Positions 1 through 10,396 of a stretch of 64,000 nt of DNA are shown in pieces. The notes under the pieces are model-generated. The model was not told the DNA's origin and did no database searches. It saw only the letters and a list, made by a program, of their open reading frames with translations. The number at the start of each line of letters is the position of its first letter. Position 1 is the stretch's first letter. The stretch lies in the sequence record NC_042116.1. One strand, written 5' to 3'. A program made the position numbers and the translations under genes.

Positions 1-54
1 GGTATGATCCCCTTTTTGTATAAGTAAATAAGGTTATATTATTATGTTTCTCTT

Positions 55-645
55 ATGAGAAATAACCTTAAAGGAAAAATATACATGGATAGTTCACAAG
101 CAATTCAAAATCTCTATGACCAAGATGGATTATTAGATATCCTTCTTGGTGTTGAAGAATATTTTGATAATATGGATTTGTATGCTTATAAGAACTGGAT
201 ATATGGTGAAGTAGTTGAAGGGCCAATCGTTAGTAAGTATTGGGTTGAAATTACATTAAAATTTGATCATCAAACATTTCCAGATCCAGTAGCAACACAA
301 ATGTTCGAAAGACAAGGGACAAAAATCTTCATACGTCCAGATTGGGAAATTTACCCAATTGCACACCCACGTGGTAATGAAGATATGCAAAGCGTATTAG
401 GTAATGGTTCAAGTATGCGTAAACCTAAAGATGAACGCAAAGCAATCATTTTATATAAATTTCAAATTCCTCGCCGTTTAGTTAATCCTGAAAGTTTCGA
501 TGAATATAAATTAATGGCATCTGATTTTAATAGCAATACAATGCAAGATGATGTGGATGTTCCAGAAAAAGATCCTCAAGACCAAGAATCGATGGAAGGT
601 CAAGATGATGATATTCAATTCGATGAAACTCAAGGAGGACTATAA
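55..645 (+). CDS. hypothetical protein, acidic C-terminus
   Basis: 196-aa ORF, stop overlaps next start; true start may be the Met at 85. Confidence 0.75.
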   Translation: MRNNLKGKIYMDSSQAIQNLYDQDGLLDILLGVEEYFDNMDLYAYKNWIYGEVVEGPIVSKYWVEITLKFDHQTFPDPVATQMFERQGTKIFIRPDWEIYPIAHPRGNEDMQSVLGNGSSMRKPKDERKAIILYKFQIPRRLVNPESFDEYKLMASDFNSNTMQDDVDVPEKDPQDQESMEGQDDDIQFDETQGGL

Positions 646-1328
646 TGTCTAAAAGAATTTATGAAAGGGCGTTAAGACCATTAGTACTTAAAGATTTAAT
701 ACATCCAATAATTAGCATTGATGAATATACTCCAAAAATTGATGAAACAAATATTGTAGTACTATTTCAAGTACTTGATAACTTCGATGCAGCATATGAT
801 TTAAGTTCATTTATAGAACGTTCTCCAGTTGAAGTGGTTGATACTGAGGCGGCTGAAACTCCAAATGTTGATGGTCGATATATGGTATTTGCTGAATTTG
901 AAAGGAATGGAGAATTTCCTAATAAACTAATGTCATTGATAAAATCAATTGAAAATATTTGTCCAGATCCTGGTTGGAAATTACAAGTGTATGGCATTAA
1001 TGATCCTATTGATTTAGACATAGACTCTATTACTGATGGAATGGAACTTATTAGTGAAGAAGAATTAAAAGAGTTTTTTGATTTTGCACCAATTAATGTG
1101 GAATTTTTAAAAGAGTCAATTAAATTAAAAAGTATATATGGTTCAGAATTGCATTACAGTTTAGGTTCTGGTATAGTTGATGAAGATTATATCAAAGGAT
1201 TATTAAAAGAAGAAATGACACTAGATGGAACTCGCTTAAGTGCAGTTCTTGGTGAGCATTATGATGTTCTTAGAAGTGGTAAAAATTATATTGTTGGAAT
1301 TAATGGGCGATATATCGTATTAAGATAA
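645..1328 (+). CDS. hypothetical protein
   Basis: 227-aa ORF, GGAGG RBS, TAATG coupling on both sides. Confidence 0.8.
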   Translation: MSKRIYERALRPLVLKDLIHPIISIDEYTPKIDETNIVVLFQVLDNFDAAYDLSSFIERSPVEVVDTEAAETPNVDGRYMVFAEFERNGEFPNKLMSLIKSIENICPDPGWKLQVYGINDPIDLDIDSITDGMELISEEELKEFFDFAPINVEFLKESIKLKSIYGSELHYSLGSGIVDEDYIKGLLKEEMTLDGTRLSAVLGEHYDVLRSGKNYIVGINGRYIVLR

Positions 1329-2122
1329 TGAAAATATATAATATGTTAATTGCACTACATGAAAGTACTAAAACACCTTTACATCAATACGGTAATGTTG
1401 GTTTAAGTAAGCGATTATATGTAAGAACTTACGAAATCAATAGAATTGGTAAAAATTATGATAACATCAATCGTAGTGATGTTGGTACTGAACTGGTTCT
1501 AAAAGCATATTTGGCTCGTAAAGTTTATATTAATGAACAATACCTACGAGGTAGGTTTTTAATTGATGAACTATATGAGAAAGAAGTTCAGTTCACTAAT
1601 GGTTTATGGAGAATATTCTCAGTTGAAGTCTTTGGGGAATTGCTACCTGAACTACCTGTGCCGACAACATACAAAGAATTACAACATATTTTTGATCATA
1701 GTGATGTATATAAAGAGTTCAACTTATATACTACAGTTAAAGAAGCAGTTATTCATAATCAAATAGCAGATTCAGACAAATGCGTCAGTATGCGAGATTT
1801 TGATTTATTTTGCTCATTACCAGGTAGTACTGGTTGGACTTCAATACAACATGGTGCAAGTTTAGTTGATGGTAGAACTGAAGCTCCACAACGATTATTA
1901 CAAGCATGTATGGGTATGTACCGATATGAGTTTATAGGTTGCCCTGAACCGTATGAAAATTTTTGGAAAGAACGTGCTTCACTAGCAATGAAAAAAGCTA
2001 TTGCAATTTTAGAAAAATCATATATAATAAAATTTAGAAATGGAACGATGTACGGCATGACGCCAGTACCGGAACGATTTGAGCCAATATCGTCCTTCCA
2101 TTGGAACATAAAAAGGACGTGA
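1328..2122 (+). CDS. hypothetical protein
   Basis: 264-aa ORF coupled to upstream gene. Confidence 0.75.
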   Translation: MKIYNMLIALHESTKTPLHQYGNVGLSKRLYVRTYEINRIGKNYDNINRSDVGTELVLKAYLARKVYINEQYLRGRFLIDELYEKEVQFTNGLWRIFSVEVFGELLPELPVPTTYKELQHIFDHSDVYKEFNLYTTVKEAVIHNQIADSDKCVSMRDFDLFCSLPGSTGWTSIQHGASLVDGRTEAPQRLLQACMGMYRYEFIGCPEPYENFWKERASLAMKKAIAILEKSYIIKFRNGTMYGMTPVPERFEPISSFHWNIKRT

Positions 2123-2274
2123 ATTTATTTTCGTCCTTTTTTATTTTCTACTTGACAACTGTGTATTTTAAGCGTAACATGTATCACATGAACACAGCGT
2201 ATCAAAAAGTACTTGACAACATGCTGAGTCCAATATATAATATTTAGAGACAAAACATCCAAAAGGAAAAAACA

Positions 2275-2841
2275 ATGAAAACTGTAACTTTCGTATACAC
2301 CCAAGGTATTTCTTATAAAGCAACCAACGTTAATGAAATTAACTCTGATGGGTACACAGTAGATTATACTCGTCAGGTACAAAACGAATCTGGTACAGTT
2401 GTAGGGGGCGATTTTCGTTCAGTCAGTACTGAAGATTTGTTGTATGCTATTGTAAAAGACCATAGTACTGGTATTGTATCAATCATTCCTGGTATCTATG
2501 ATAATTTTGATGTGGTGCCTAAAGGTAATGCAGTAACTCGTCAAGAAAACATCGATCGTGAAGCTGAAGACGTTGCTTATGCTCGTGCACTAAAAGCACC
2601 AGAACGTGCAGCAAAAGAACAAGCTAAATTCGAAGCTCGTCGTTTAGCACGTAAAGCAGCATGGGAAGCTAATAATGGGACTACTGAACCAACCGTACCA
2701 GTTGAGCGTTTTCAAACTGCTATTGATACACGAGTAACTCAACAAGTTTCTGCACTCAGTTCTGCTGTTGAGCAATTGATTTTGGCTGGTGTGTCTGAAT
2801 CTGATATCGAAGTACTTAAATCATTAAATGTATTAAAATAA
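2275..2841 (+). CDS. hypothetical protein
   Basis: 188-aa ORF after TTGACA..TATAAT promoter and AAGGA RBS. Confidence 0.8.
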   Translation: MKTVTFVYTQGISYKATNVNEINSDGYTVDYTRQVQNESGTVVGGDFRSVSTEDLLYAIVKDHSTGIVSIIPGIYDNFDVVPKGNAVTRQENIDREAEDVAYARALKAPERAAKEQAKFEARRLARKAAWEANNGTTEPTVPVERFQTAIDTRVTQQVSALSSAVEQLILAGVSESDIEVLKSLNVLK

Positions 2842-2870
2842 TTTGACATTCAATTAAAAAAGGATATATA

Positions 2871-3071
2871 ATGGAAACCGGAAAATACATCGTAGTATCA
2901 CGTGATAAAACCACTCGTCGCTGTTCAATGTCAGCAACACCAATTGAACATGCAACTGAGTCTTTGGCTAAAGCTGAAGCAGCACGGTTAGCACAAAATA
3001 ACCAAGAAAAAGATTTTACTGTGTTGCGTGTTACTGCAACAGCATCAGTTGATAAAGTTACTTGGCGTTAA
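2871..3071 (+). CDS. hypothetical protein
   Basis: 66-aa ORF, AAGGA RBS, followed by GC hairpin. Confidence 0.7.
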   Translation: METGKYIVVSRDKTTRRCSMSATPIEHATESLAKAEAARLAQNNQEKDFTVLRVTATASVDKVTWR

Positions 3072-3132
3072 ATTTCATGGGGAGTTAACATAACTCCCCA
3101 ATTTTTAAGTTATATTAGCGAGATTAAAAATC

Positions 3133-4269
3133 ATGAAAGGCAAATATTTTTTCAAAGATGAAAATGGTTTTCCAGTCGAGATTCAAGAATTTGATTATGA
3201 ATATGTTCGTAATTCTTTACTAAAGGTATTTGATAAAAATATCGCGAAGAAATATATCTTTAATGTTATCGTTAATCGCAACCATGATTCTCTTGGATTG
3301 CCAGTTTTTGATGTTCGTCCATTGAATTTAAATGATATCTATTATGATAGTACTCGACTTCGTGTACTAGAAATGATGTTAGATGATATATATTTTGGTC
3401 GCATTTCAATTAAAGAATTACCAGTTCCTAAATTGCAGCATGAATACCAAGAATATTTAGAGGGACGTGCTAAACCAGCTCCAGTTCCTGCAATTCCAGA
3501 TGTTCCTGCACCTATTGTTTTTACACGAGTTGAAATTAGTGAAAATGATGAACGTATTATGCAACTAGGAACAGTAGAATCCAATGTTCCAATTGTTCCA
3601 ATGAAAGTACTAGACTGGATTGACAACTTTGAAGTATGTAGTCAAGAAATGACTGTTAATACACAAAAGTTATCAGAAGAACAAATCCGTTTAGTTCAAG
3701 TGTTGAAAACTAACAGTGATTACATTCATAGTGTATTCTCTAATTTAACTTCAGTACTTGAGGCAATGTTCCCATTAAAGCCATCATTCACACAACGGTT
3801 ATTTGGAACTACTAAAGATATCGAAGTTAAACAGGATGATTTAGGAACTATTTTAAACACACTACGCAGTGCAGTATCAGTTGACCCAAATCGGTTTAGT
3901 GGTATAGGGGAAGTGTTTAAAAATATTCAAAATAGTATTCAAGAAATAAAAAATACGGTTGAACAAGGTGTTATTGGATGTAAGTTTGTAATTCAAACCA
4001 CTGAAGATGCGTATGAATTTGAATTGCGTCAAGAACGTTTGATGAAAATTCGGGCAACTACTGAAATTTCAGAACTGTCACTTGTAAGTATCAATAAAAA
4101 GTTTCTATCTGATTTAAATAAGTTAAAAGAAGTGCAAGAAGTTGTAGTTCCTTTACTTATTATCAAGTTACAAAATCAAGCAACTAAAAAAGTTGATGAT
4201 GAAACAGTTAATATCATTCGTAATTTGGCATATAGTCGTGATTCCGAAAAAAGTTCAGACCAAAAATAA
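3133..4269 (+). CDS. coiled-coil protein, C-terminal half TelA-like (possible TelA partner)
   Basis: 378 aa; helical C-terminus with 'SFTQRLFG' resembles TelA 'SRVWNIFG'; adjacent to telA. Confidence 0.6.
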   Translation: MKGKYFFKDENGFPVEIQEFDYEYVRNSLLKVFDKNIAKKYIFNVIVNRNHDSLGLPVFDVRPLNLNDIYYDSTRLRVLEMMLDDIYFGRISIKELPVPKLQHEYQEYLEGRAKPAPVPAIPDVPAPIVFTRVEISENDERIMQLGTVESNVPIVPMKVLDWIDNFEVCSQEMTVNTQKLSEEQIRLVQVLKTNSDYIHSVFSNLTSVLEAMFPLKPSFTQRLFGTTKDIEVKQDDLGTILNTLRSAVSVDPNRFSGIGEVFKNIQNSIQEIKNTVEQGVIGCKFVIQTTEDAYEFELRQERLMKIRATTEISELSLVSINKKFLSDLNKLKEVQEVVVPLLIIKLQNQATKKVDDETVNIIRNLAYSRDSEKSSDQK

Positions 4270-4296
4270 AATAATGGAAATTATTAAAGATTTTCA

Positions 4297-4325
4297 TTGA
4301 CAGGTCATTAGAGTGATGCTATAAT
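4297..4325 (+). promoter_or_regulatory. sigma70-like promoter
   Basis: TTGACA (4297-4302), 17 nt, TG-c-TATAAT (4320-4325). Confidence 0.8.
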
Positions 4326-4381
4326 CTTTTACATCAAGACGGCACACTCTCCCATTAACTTAGAAATAAAGGAATTACACA

Positions 4382-5518
4382 ATGATTGACGATCAGAATA
4401 ATGGTTTTGAAGAAGAACGCCAAAAAGCAACTAAGCGTAATCGTAAACCACGTACAACAAAAAAAGCAGAACCAGTAACTATCGATCAAGATGTGTTTGA
4501 ACAAGAGACAAAAAATCTTCCAGTACTACGTGATGCTAAAGGCACACAAATGGAACTGACTGTATCAAATATCCATTCATTGGGTTCAGATGCTGGACAA
4601 AATATTGGTAAATTGTCAGAAGAAATTTTGTCTAAAGTTAAAGTTGCAGATACTGGCGAATTAGGTGAAGGTATTTCTAATATTCTTACCTTAACTCGCA
4701 AAGTAGATATTACTCGGTTAGGTCAACAACGTACTGGTATGCTTTCACGTGTTTGGAATATCTTTGGTGATACTAAGCAGAAAGTACTGGATCAGTTCGA
4801 AACAAGTAAAGACCAAATTGAAAAAATTACCAACACATTAGGTTCAGGTATTGACCGTATGCGTGGTGAAGCAACTTGGCTTGAAAATGCGTATGATGCT
4901 AATATTGAATATTTGCATGAACTAGAAGATATTTTAGATAATGTCGATCTAGTAAAAGATATCGAAGATAAAAAGCTTGCAGTACTAATGGCAAATCCAG
5001 ATACTGCTATGAACGTACTGGATGAACAACGTATCATTACTGATGCATTAGATAAACAAGCTGATAAACTTCGTCGTTTAGTTCAACTAGCAAAATTGAC
5101 TGCACCTCAAATTGCATCAATGCGTAAAGTTAACGTAAACACTGTTGAAAAATTTGAATCATTGAATACTGTTGTAATTCCTGCATGGAAAAATAATATG
5201 AGCTTAAGTCTCATTAGTTTGCAACAGAAAAAAGATAATGAATTATCAAATATGATTGACAATGAAACCAACCGTTTGTTAAAGGATAATGCAAAAACCG
5301 TGGCACAAAACATGAAAGATGCAGCAGCCGCAAACCAACGTGGTGTAATTGATTTAGGCACCCTACAATCAATTCAAAACGATATGTTGGCTGGTATTAA
5401 AGAAACAATTCGTATCGAAGAAACTGGTCGACAAGAACGTAAGCAAGCCGCTATCCAAATGCAAAAAATGGATAATGATTTGAAAACTGCATTACGTGAT
5501 ATTGCACAGAAAAAGTAA
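4382..5518 (+). CDS. telA: toxic anion resistance protein TelA family
   Basis: 378-aa helical protein with TelA-type motifs 'AKLTAPQIASMRKVN...VIPAWKNNMSL' and 'NQRGVIDLGTL'. Confidence 0.8.
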   Translation: MIDDQNNGFEEERQKATKRNRKPRTTKKAEPVTIDQDVFEQETKNLPVLRDAKGTQMELTVSNIHSLGSDAGQNIGKLSEEILSKVKVADTGELGEGISNILTLTRKVDITRLGQQRTGMLSRVWNIFGDTKQKVLDQFETSKDQIEKITNTLGSGIDRMRGEATWLENAYDANIEYLHELEDILDNVDLVKDIEDKKLAVLMANPDTAMNVLDEQRIITDALDKQADKLRRLVQLAKLTAPQIASMRKVNVNTVEKFESLNTVVIPAWKNNMSLSLISLQQKKDNELSNMIDNETNRLLKDNAKTVAQNMKDAAAANQRGVIDLGTLQSIQNDMLAGIKETIRIEETGRQERKQAAIQMQKMDNDLKTALRDIAQKK

Positions 5519-5582
5519 TAAAATAAGTACTAAAAATATAAGGTTTCCAAATGGGAACCTTTTTTCATATGGAGAAAATAAA

Positions 5583-5912
5583 ATGGATTCTATTTATACA
5601 CAAGAACTTCTAGATAAACTATCTTCAATTTTAGTTGAATCAGATTTTGAAGATGATGAAGATGGTGATAATGATGAGAATATTAAATTTATAAAAGTTG
5701 AAGATGGTGATTGGGTTGATGAGGGTAAATGGTCTTATCGTGATGATACCTTTTTCTTTACTGATTTAAATGTATATGTAAATGTAGGACAATCCAGATC
5801 AGGTTCTTACTATACAGACTATTATTATGATGATCCAAGTTTTTCATTTGTTGAACCTAAAACACAAACTGTAGTTACTACAATTTATGTACAAATTAAG
5901 GTAACACAATGA
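5583..5912 (+). CDS. hypothetical acidic protein
   Basis: ATG at 5583 with GGAG RBS (ORF track starts 5496); motif 'SRSGSYYTDYYY'. Confidence 0.75.
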   Translation: MDSIYTQELLDKLSSILVESDFEDDEDGDNDENIKFIKVEDGDWVDEGKWSYRDDTFFFTDLNVYVNVGQSRSGSYYTDYYYDDPSFSFVEPKTQTVVTTIYVQIKVTQ

Positions 5913-6580
5913 AAAGTTATTGTTTAGACATTGAAACACTTGCTACTCCAGAATTATCAGGATATAGTATTGTAATTCCTAACTACGCTATTGTTAAAAT
6001 TCCAGAAGTGCTAACTTCAGATTTAGAATGGATGTATGTTCAACTACCAATACAAGATCAACTTGATGTTAGTTTGAAGACTGATGCACCTACTATGAAT
6101 TTTTGGTTTAATATTTGTGCACAAGAATTTCCACTTTCTTTATGTGAAATGCAAAAATCATTCACATTAAAGAATCCTAAAATTATTATCAATGGTGAAG
6201 AATCTGATTCTTTAAATGTACCACTAATGCTTAAAACATTTATTCATGGTTCAGAAAAAATTGATAATAATGTAAAAGTATATGGTAATGGTTGTCATTT
6301 TGATTGTTCAATCTTACAAGATAATCATAGAATTTTATTCGGAGAAGGAAATTTATGGCATTATAGTGCTCCTAACAATATTAGAACTTTACGTTTATTA
6401 CTAAATGAACAACAAGAAGAAGATATGAAAGAAGCCGTGCTTCCAGTACTAGAAAAATTTTGTTCAAGTTTTAATGAACAAGGATATACTTATGATTTAT
6501 GTTTACATAATCCAATTTTTGATGCAGCAAAAGAAGCGTTATTCGCATCGTATGTGCTAAATCTTAAAAAATCCACTTGA
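5909..6580 (+). CDS. DEDD-family 3'-5' exonuclease/exoribonuclease
   Basis: motifs LDIET, GNGCHFD, H..FDA. Confidence 0.75.
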   Translation: MKSYCLDIETLATPELSGYSIVIPNYAIVKIPEVLTSDLEWMYVQLPIQDQLDVSLKTDAPTMNFWFNICAQEFPLSLCEMQKSFTLKNPKIIINGEESDSLNVPLMLKTFIHGSEKIDNNVKVYGNGCHFDCSILQDNHRILFGEGNLWHYSAPNNIRTLRLLLNEQQEEDMKEAVLPVLEKFCSSFNEQGYTYDLCLHNPIFDAAKEALFASYVLNLKKST

Positions 6581-6605
6581 CATAAAATACCTAATACTAT
6601 ATAAT
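6577..6605 (+). promoter_or_regulatory. sigma70-like promoter
   Basis: TTGACA 6577-6582, 17 nt, TATAAT 6600-6605. Confidence 0.8.
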
Positions 6606-6636
6606 ATTCATGTTATCAACTCATCAGGTGAAAATC

Positions 6637-7731
6637 ATGGATTTTGTAATAATTGCATTACCCGCATTATTAACATGTATAGTCATGAAGTTTATTTTTA
6701 AACATGACATCACAATGAAAGAATTTTTCATTCATTGTGGTGCTACTATTGCTGTTATTGGGATAATGATGGCTATTACATATGCAAGTATGTATGCATC
6801 AATGGCAGACAATGAAATTTTAAATGGTAAAGTACTTTCAAAATCAAGGGAAGTAGAAATTTGTACCCAATACAGTTCATGTAAACATTATCATTGGCGT
6901 GAAAAATGCAATTATTACACCGATAGTAAAGGTAAACGTCAAAAATCGTGTGAATCATATAAAGTTTTTGATTATAGTTATGAAGTGGATTGGTATGTCA
7001 AAACTACAGTGGATAGTCATGAAATAGAACGTGTAAACCGTCAAGGTACTTCTATACCACCACGGTGGGAAATCGTAAAAATTGGAGATCCTGCAAGTAC
7101 TACTCATATGTATATAAATTACTTGTTAGGTAATGAAGATTCATTATTTTATCAGGAACAATACAAAAAAGATTTCACTGAAGAATATAAAAAGACTTTA
7201 CCAGATTATCCAAAAATTTATGATTATTATCGTATAAATCATGTTATTAATTTAACAAAAATTGATAGTACTGGTTTTAACGATTATATTAACAATGTTT
7301 TACGTGATATGGGTGCATTACAACAAGTGAACCTTGTTATTGTTATGTATCAATACGAAAATAAAAAGTTTGTTGAAGGTATAACAGCAAAATGGCGTGG
7401 TGGAAAAAAGAATGATGTTATCATGTTTTTTGGATTAGATGGTACTGGTATAGTACGTAATTTTAGCAGTACTTCATTTGGTAAAGGTATGAAAAATGAA
7501 TATTTGCATAGTAAATTACGAATGACTGCCCTTACTGAGAATATATCACTTGACTTAGTGCAAAAAACTGTGTATGATGTACAACAGAATTTCAAACGAC
7601 TTCCAAATGCGGAATTTGAATATTTGAAATATAAACTTGAACCTAGTCGTTGGGTTGTGATATTATGTTCACTCTTAGCATTAGGTATCTCAATTGGTAT
7701 TGGTATGTACATGAGGAAGTTAGATTTATGA
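6637..7731 (+). CDS. membrane protein (2 N-terminal + 1 C-terminal TM, periplasmic Cys-rich domain)
   Basis: hydrophobic segments at both ends; ATG 6637 with AGGTG RBS. Confidence 0.75.
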   Translation: MDFVIIALPALLTCIVMKFIFKHDITMKEFFIHCGATIAVIGIMMAITYASMYASMADNEILNGKVLSKSREVEICTQYSSCKHYHWREKCNYYTDSKGKRQKSCESYKVFDYSYEVDWYVKTTVDSHEIERVNRQGTSIPPRWEIVKIGDPASTTHMYINYLLGNEDSLFYQEQYKKDFTEEYKKTLPDYPKIYDYYRINHVINLTKIDSTGFNDYINNVLRDMGALQQVNLVIVMYQYENKKFVEGITAKWRGGKKNDVIMFFGLDGTGIVRNFSSTSFGKGMKNEYLHSKLRMTALTENISLDLVQKTVYDVQQNFKRLPNAEFEYLKYKLEPSRWVVILCSLLALGISIGIGMYMRKLDL

Positions 7732-8285
7732 AAAACATGACGATGGCTATTTTGTTAGCATTTTTAGTTGTAATTGTAATTGGTGGAATTGGAATTTTTG
7801 TTTCATATACTGGAACCTATGATACTGCAAACAATTATGAACATAATATTGAACGTCTTAACAAAGCAAGTGAATCTGAATTAAGTACCTTTACTCTTAA
7901 AGTTCAGGAACAAGCACAAATTCCAGCAATGTACAAAGATGATTTAAAAGATGTATTAAAAGGTTATTTTGAAGGTCGTGGAAAGCAAGATGATACATAC
8001 GTTCGTTCATTTGTAAAGCAAGCAATGCCAGAGTTATCAAGTAAGATGTACGAAAATTTAATGGTAACTATTGATGCTGGACGTGATGCATTTAATAATA
8101 TCCAGAAACAAAAAATTGATGCGTGTTCGGACTACGGTGAATATCGTGGAAAGTTCTGGAACAAAAAGATTTTAGCTGGTGAATTCCCATCAAAGAATAT
8201 TGATGATATGTGTAAAGTTATTAGTGATTCACGTACAAAAACTGCTTTTAAAACTGGCGAACAAGAAGTAATTAAATTACGTTAA
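7728..8285 (+). CDS. N-anchored membrane protein, LemA-like architecture
   Basis: single N-terminal TM then helical domain; ATGA overlap with upstream gene. Confidence 0.6.
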   Translation: MKNMTMAILLAFLVVIVIGGIGIFVSYTGTYDTANNYEHNIERLNKASESELSTFTLKVQEQAQIPAMYKDDLKDVLKGYFEGRGKQDDTYVRSFVKQAMPELSSKMYENLMVTIDAGRDAFNNIQKQKIDACSDYGEYRGKFWNKKILAGEFPSKNIDDMCKVISDSRTKTAFKTGEQEVIKLR

Positions 8286-8290
8286 ATCAT

Positions 8291-8316
8291 AAAAAGCTGC
8301 CAAGTGGCAGCTTTTT
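8291..8316 (+). terminator. intrinsic terminator
   Basis: AAAAGCTGCC-aagt-GGCAGCTTTT T-tract. Confidence 0.8.
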
Positions 8317-8331
8317 ATATATGGGACAAAT

Positions 8332-8820
8332 ATGATTAAATTAATACCCTTTAATATTTGGTATAATGATTTAGAAGAACTAATTTCTGTTATTAACAAC
8401 TCAAATTTAGAAGTACTAAAATATGCAAAATCATATAATTTTGATACATTTGCATTTTGTATGCCTGAAAATGAGTTGTTTCAATTTTCTATTAAAAAAC
8501 CAGCAGAACAATTTCAACAGACAGCAATTGGTATAAATGGCATATTGAATCCATCACCATACTTACTTTATTATTCGGTAACAGTATCCTTTACCAAAAA
8601 CTTTATAGTTAAGTTAGAAGTAGTTGAGCATTGGAAAAGTCAAATTACTTCATATGAAAAACATACAATACATAGTGTTATATTTGACAAAGAACACATG
8701 TTGATAAATGGCAACTGGTATAAAGTTGATTCACCAGAACCATTCATATATGATTTAAAAGATGAAGATATAAGTATTCTGGCAATTATTGATATTATGG
8801 AGAGGTTTAATCCACAATGA
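8332..8820 (+). CDS. hypothetical protein
   Basis: 162-aa ORF. Confidence 0.7.
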   Translation: MIKLIPFNIWYNDLEELISVINNSNLEVLKYAKSYNFDTFAFCMPENELFQFSIKKPAEQFQQTAIGINGILNPSPYLLYYSVTVSFTKNFIVKLEVVEHWKSQITSYEKHTIHSVIFDKEHMLINGNWYKVDSPEPFIYDLKDEDISILAIIDIMERFNPQ

Positions 8821-9260
8821 TACATGAACTAATGCATAATAAAGGTATAGATTATAATAAATTATTATCAGATACCTCTAAAGTACTTAAATCAATTTAT
8901 GAGTTAGTAGACTTTAGTATTTTTAATTGCATGACTGATAGTGAAGATTATATTGAAGTTAATAATGCTTTTAAAGTTATTAAAGATAAAAATAACATTA
9001 TATTTTATGGAAAATTAAATGAAGAATGCTTTTTAAGAATATGTTTTATTAATGAAAAACTTCAATTCGTTAAAATCGTTCATAATGCAAATTCCAAATT
9101 AATTTTACAAATTCACATTGGTGATACAAAATTATTGATTAATGAAAGCTGGTTTGATAGAATGGAGTTCGAATCAAAGGCATTTCAACTGGACACTACG
9201 GAATTTTATCCGTTCAGTTTACTTGAAATTAATGAATTGTTTAAAATTTTAGGAATTTAA
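8817..9260 (+). CDS. hypothetical protein (dispersed '..FQ' paralog family)
   Basis: 147-aa ORF, C-terminal 'KAFQLDTTEF'. Confidence 0.65.
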   Translation: MIHELMHNKGIDYNKLLSDTSKVLKSIYELVDFSIFNCMTDSEDYIEVNNAFKVIKDKNNIIFYGKLNEECFLRICFINEKLQFVKIVHNANSKLILQIHIGDTKLLINESWFDRMEFESKAFQLDTTEFYPFSLLEINELFKILGI

Positions 9261-9261
9261 T

Positions 9262-9441
9262 ATGTATACAATGGTTATAGTACTTCTCCTATCAGGAGCT
9301 AATATGTCTCCGACAGCAGTTACAATTGAAGGTTATACTTCATATGAAAATTGTAAAAATATTGGCGTTCCTGAAGTGAAAAAACGTTACGCAATGAGTT
9401 CAGTTCAAGTTAAATCGGCTGAATGTTTTTTGGTTAAATGA
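9262..9441 (+). CDS. small secreted/membrane protein
   Basis: 59-aa ORF read by hand (MYTMVIVLLLSG...ENC...AECFLVK), AGGA RBS. Confidence 0.65.
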   Translation: MYTMVIVLLLSGANMSPTAVTIEGYTSYENCKNIGVPEVKKRYAMSSVQVKSAECFLVK

Positions 9442-9450
9442 GGTGTAATT

Positions 9451-9816
9451 ATGTTATGGTATATTCTTGTAATATTAATTTGTATTTCAGTAGATGTTTT
9501 AATTTGGTACTTGTATCATTTATGGTTTCGTGAAGCTGAAGCTTTTGGATTAAAAGATTCTTTTATTGATGTACTTCTTGATAATCAAAAGAATTTTTGG
9601 AAATCAGTACTTGTTTCTGTAATTATAGCTACATTAATATGTATTGTTCCATTATTTAAAATGGGTTCATGTTCTCTTAAAGGTTTTATAACAAATGCCA
9701 ATACACAATACTCATGGGTAATGAATGAATGTCAAGCTAAAAACGCCGCAGGGGTATATGTTGACATTGAACGCACACGTGGTATACCTTCAGACGATGT
9801 TCATGACGTACAATAA
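9451..9816 (+). CDS. membrane protein
   Basis: two hydrophobic helices, GAGGT RBS. Confidence 0.7.
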   Translation: MLWYILVILICISVDVLIWYLYHLWFREAEAFGLKDSFIDVLLDNQKNFWKSVLVSVIIATLICIVPLFKMGSCSLKGFITNANTQYSWVMNECQAKNAAGVYVDIERTRGIPSDDVHDVQ

Positions 9817-9820
9817 ATAC

Positions 9821-9843
9821 AATCCCCCAACTGGGGGATTTTT
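9821..9843 (+). terminator. intrinsic terminator
   Basis: AATCCCCC-aact-GGGGGATT-TTT. Confidence 0.75.
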
Positions 9844-9857
9844 GCTATGGAAAAGTT

Positions 9858-10343
9858 ATGTTTGAATTTGAAAAACCACCTATGTATAATCCAGATGAAG
9901 ATGGGATTACGCATATAAACATTTATAGTCAAGCTAAGACTGAACTTGGAAGACTACTATCTAACTTTGCATTATCTCCATTTATATATGAACCTTATGG
10001 TAAATTTCAAAGTGCTGAAGGTTTTTGGTATTGGTATCTTACTGGACAACAACATGATACGTTACGTTATTTGTCAGGATTCGAAGCAAAGACAGAAGGA
10101 CGTAAATATAGAAACGACAGATTAGACGTTCTTGGTTTAACTGACGAAGATTTAGAAGTGATGATGCAAATGTTGGTACTTAAAGTTGCGTACAATCCAC
10201 ATATTGCATCGTTATTAAAAGAAAGTACACTCCCTTTTTGCCATTATTATAATTATAGTGGAAGGGTAATATTGTGTACTGAATTCGATTGGTTATCGTC
10301 TGCCTATACAGATATTCGTATAGTACTTAACGAATCGACCTGA
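9858..10343 (+). CDS. NADAR-superfamily protein (T4 gp30.3-like)
   Basis: 'LSNFALSPF...FQSAEGFW...LSGFEAK..GR' parallels T4 gp30.3 'LSNFAQWPF...FGGLEGF...LSGLAAQQAGR'. Confidence 0.6.
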   Translation: MFEFEKPPMYNPDEDGITHINIYSQAKTELGRLLSNFALSPFIYEPYGKFQSAEGFWYWYLTGQQHDTLRYLSGFEAKTEGRKYRNDRLDVLGLTDEDLEVMMQMLVLKVAYNPHIASLLKESTLPFCHYYNYSGRVILCTEFDWLSSAYTDIRIVLNEST

Positions 10344-10361
10344 TTAATAATTGATCAGAAA

Positions 10362-10369
10362 TATAAATA
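10362..10369 (+). promoter_or_regulatory. T4-type late promoter box
   Basis: TATAAATA upstream of the 633-aa gene. Confidence 0.55.
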
Positions 10370-10396
10370 GTTTTACCTTATTTTATACAACATGGA

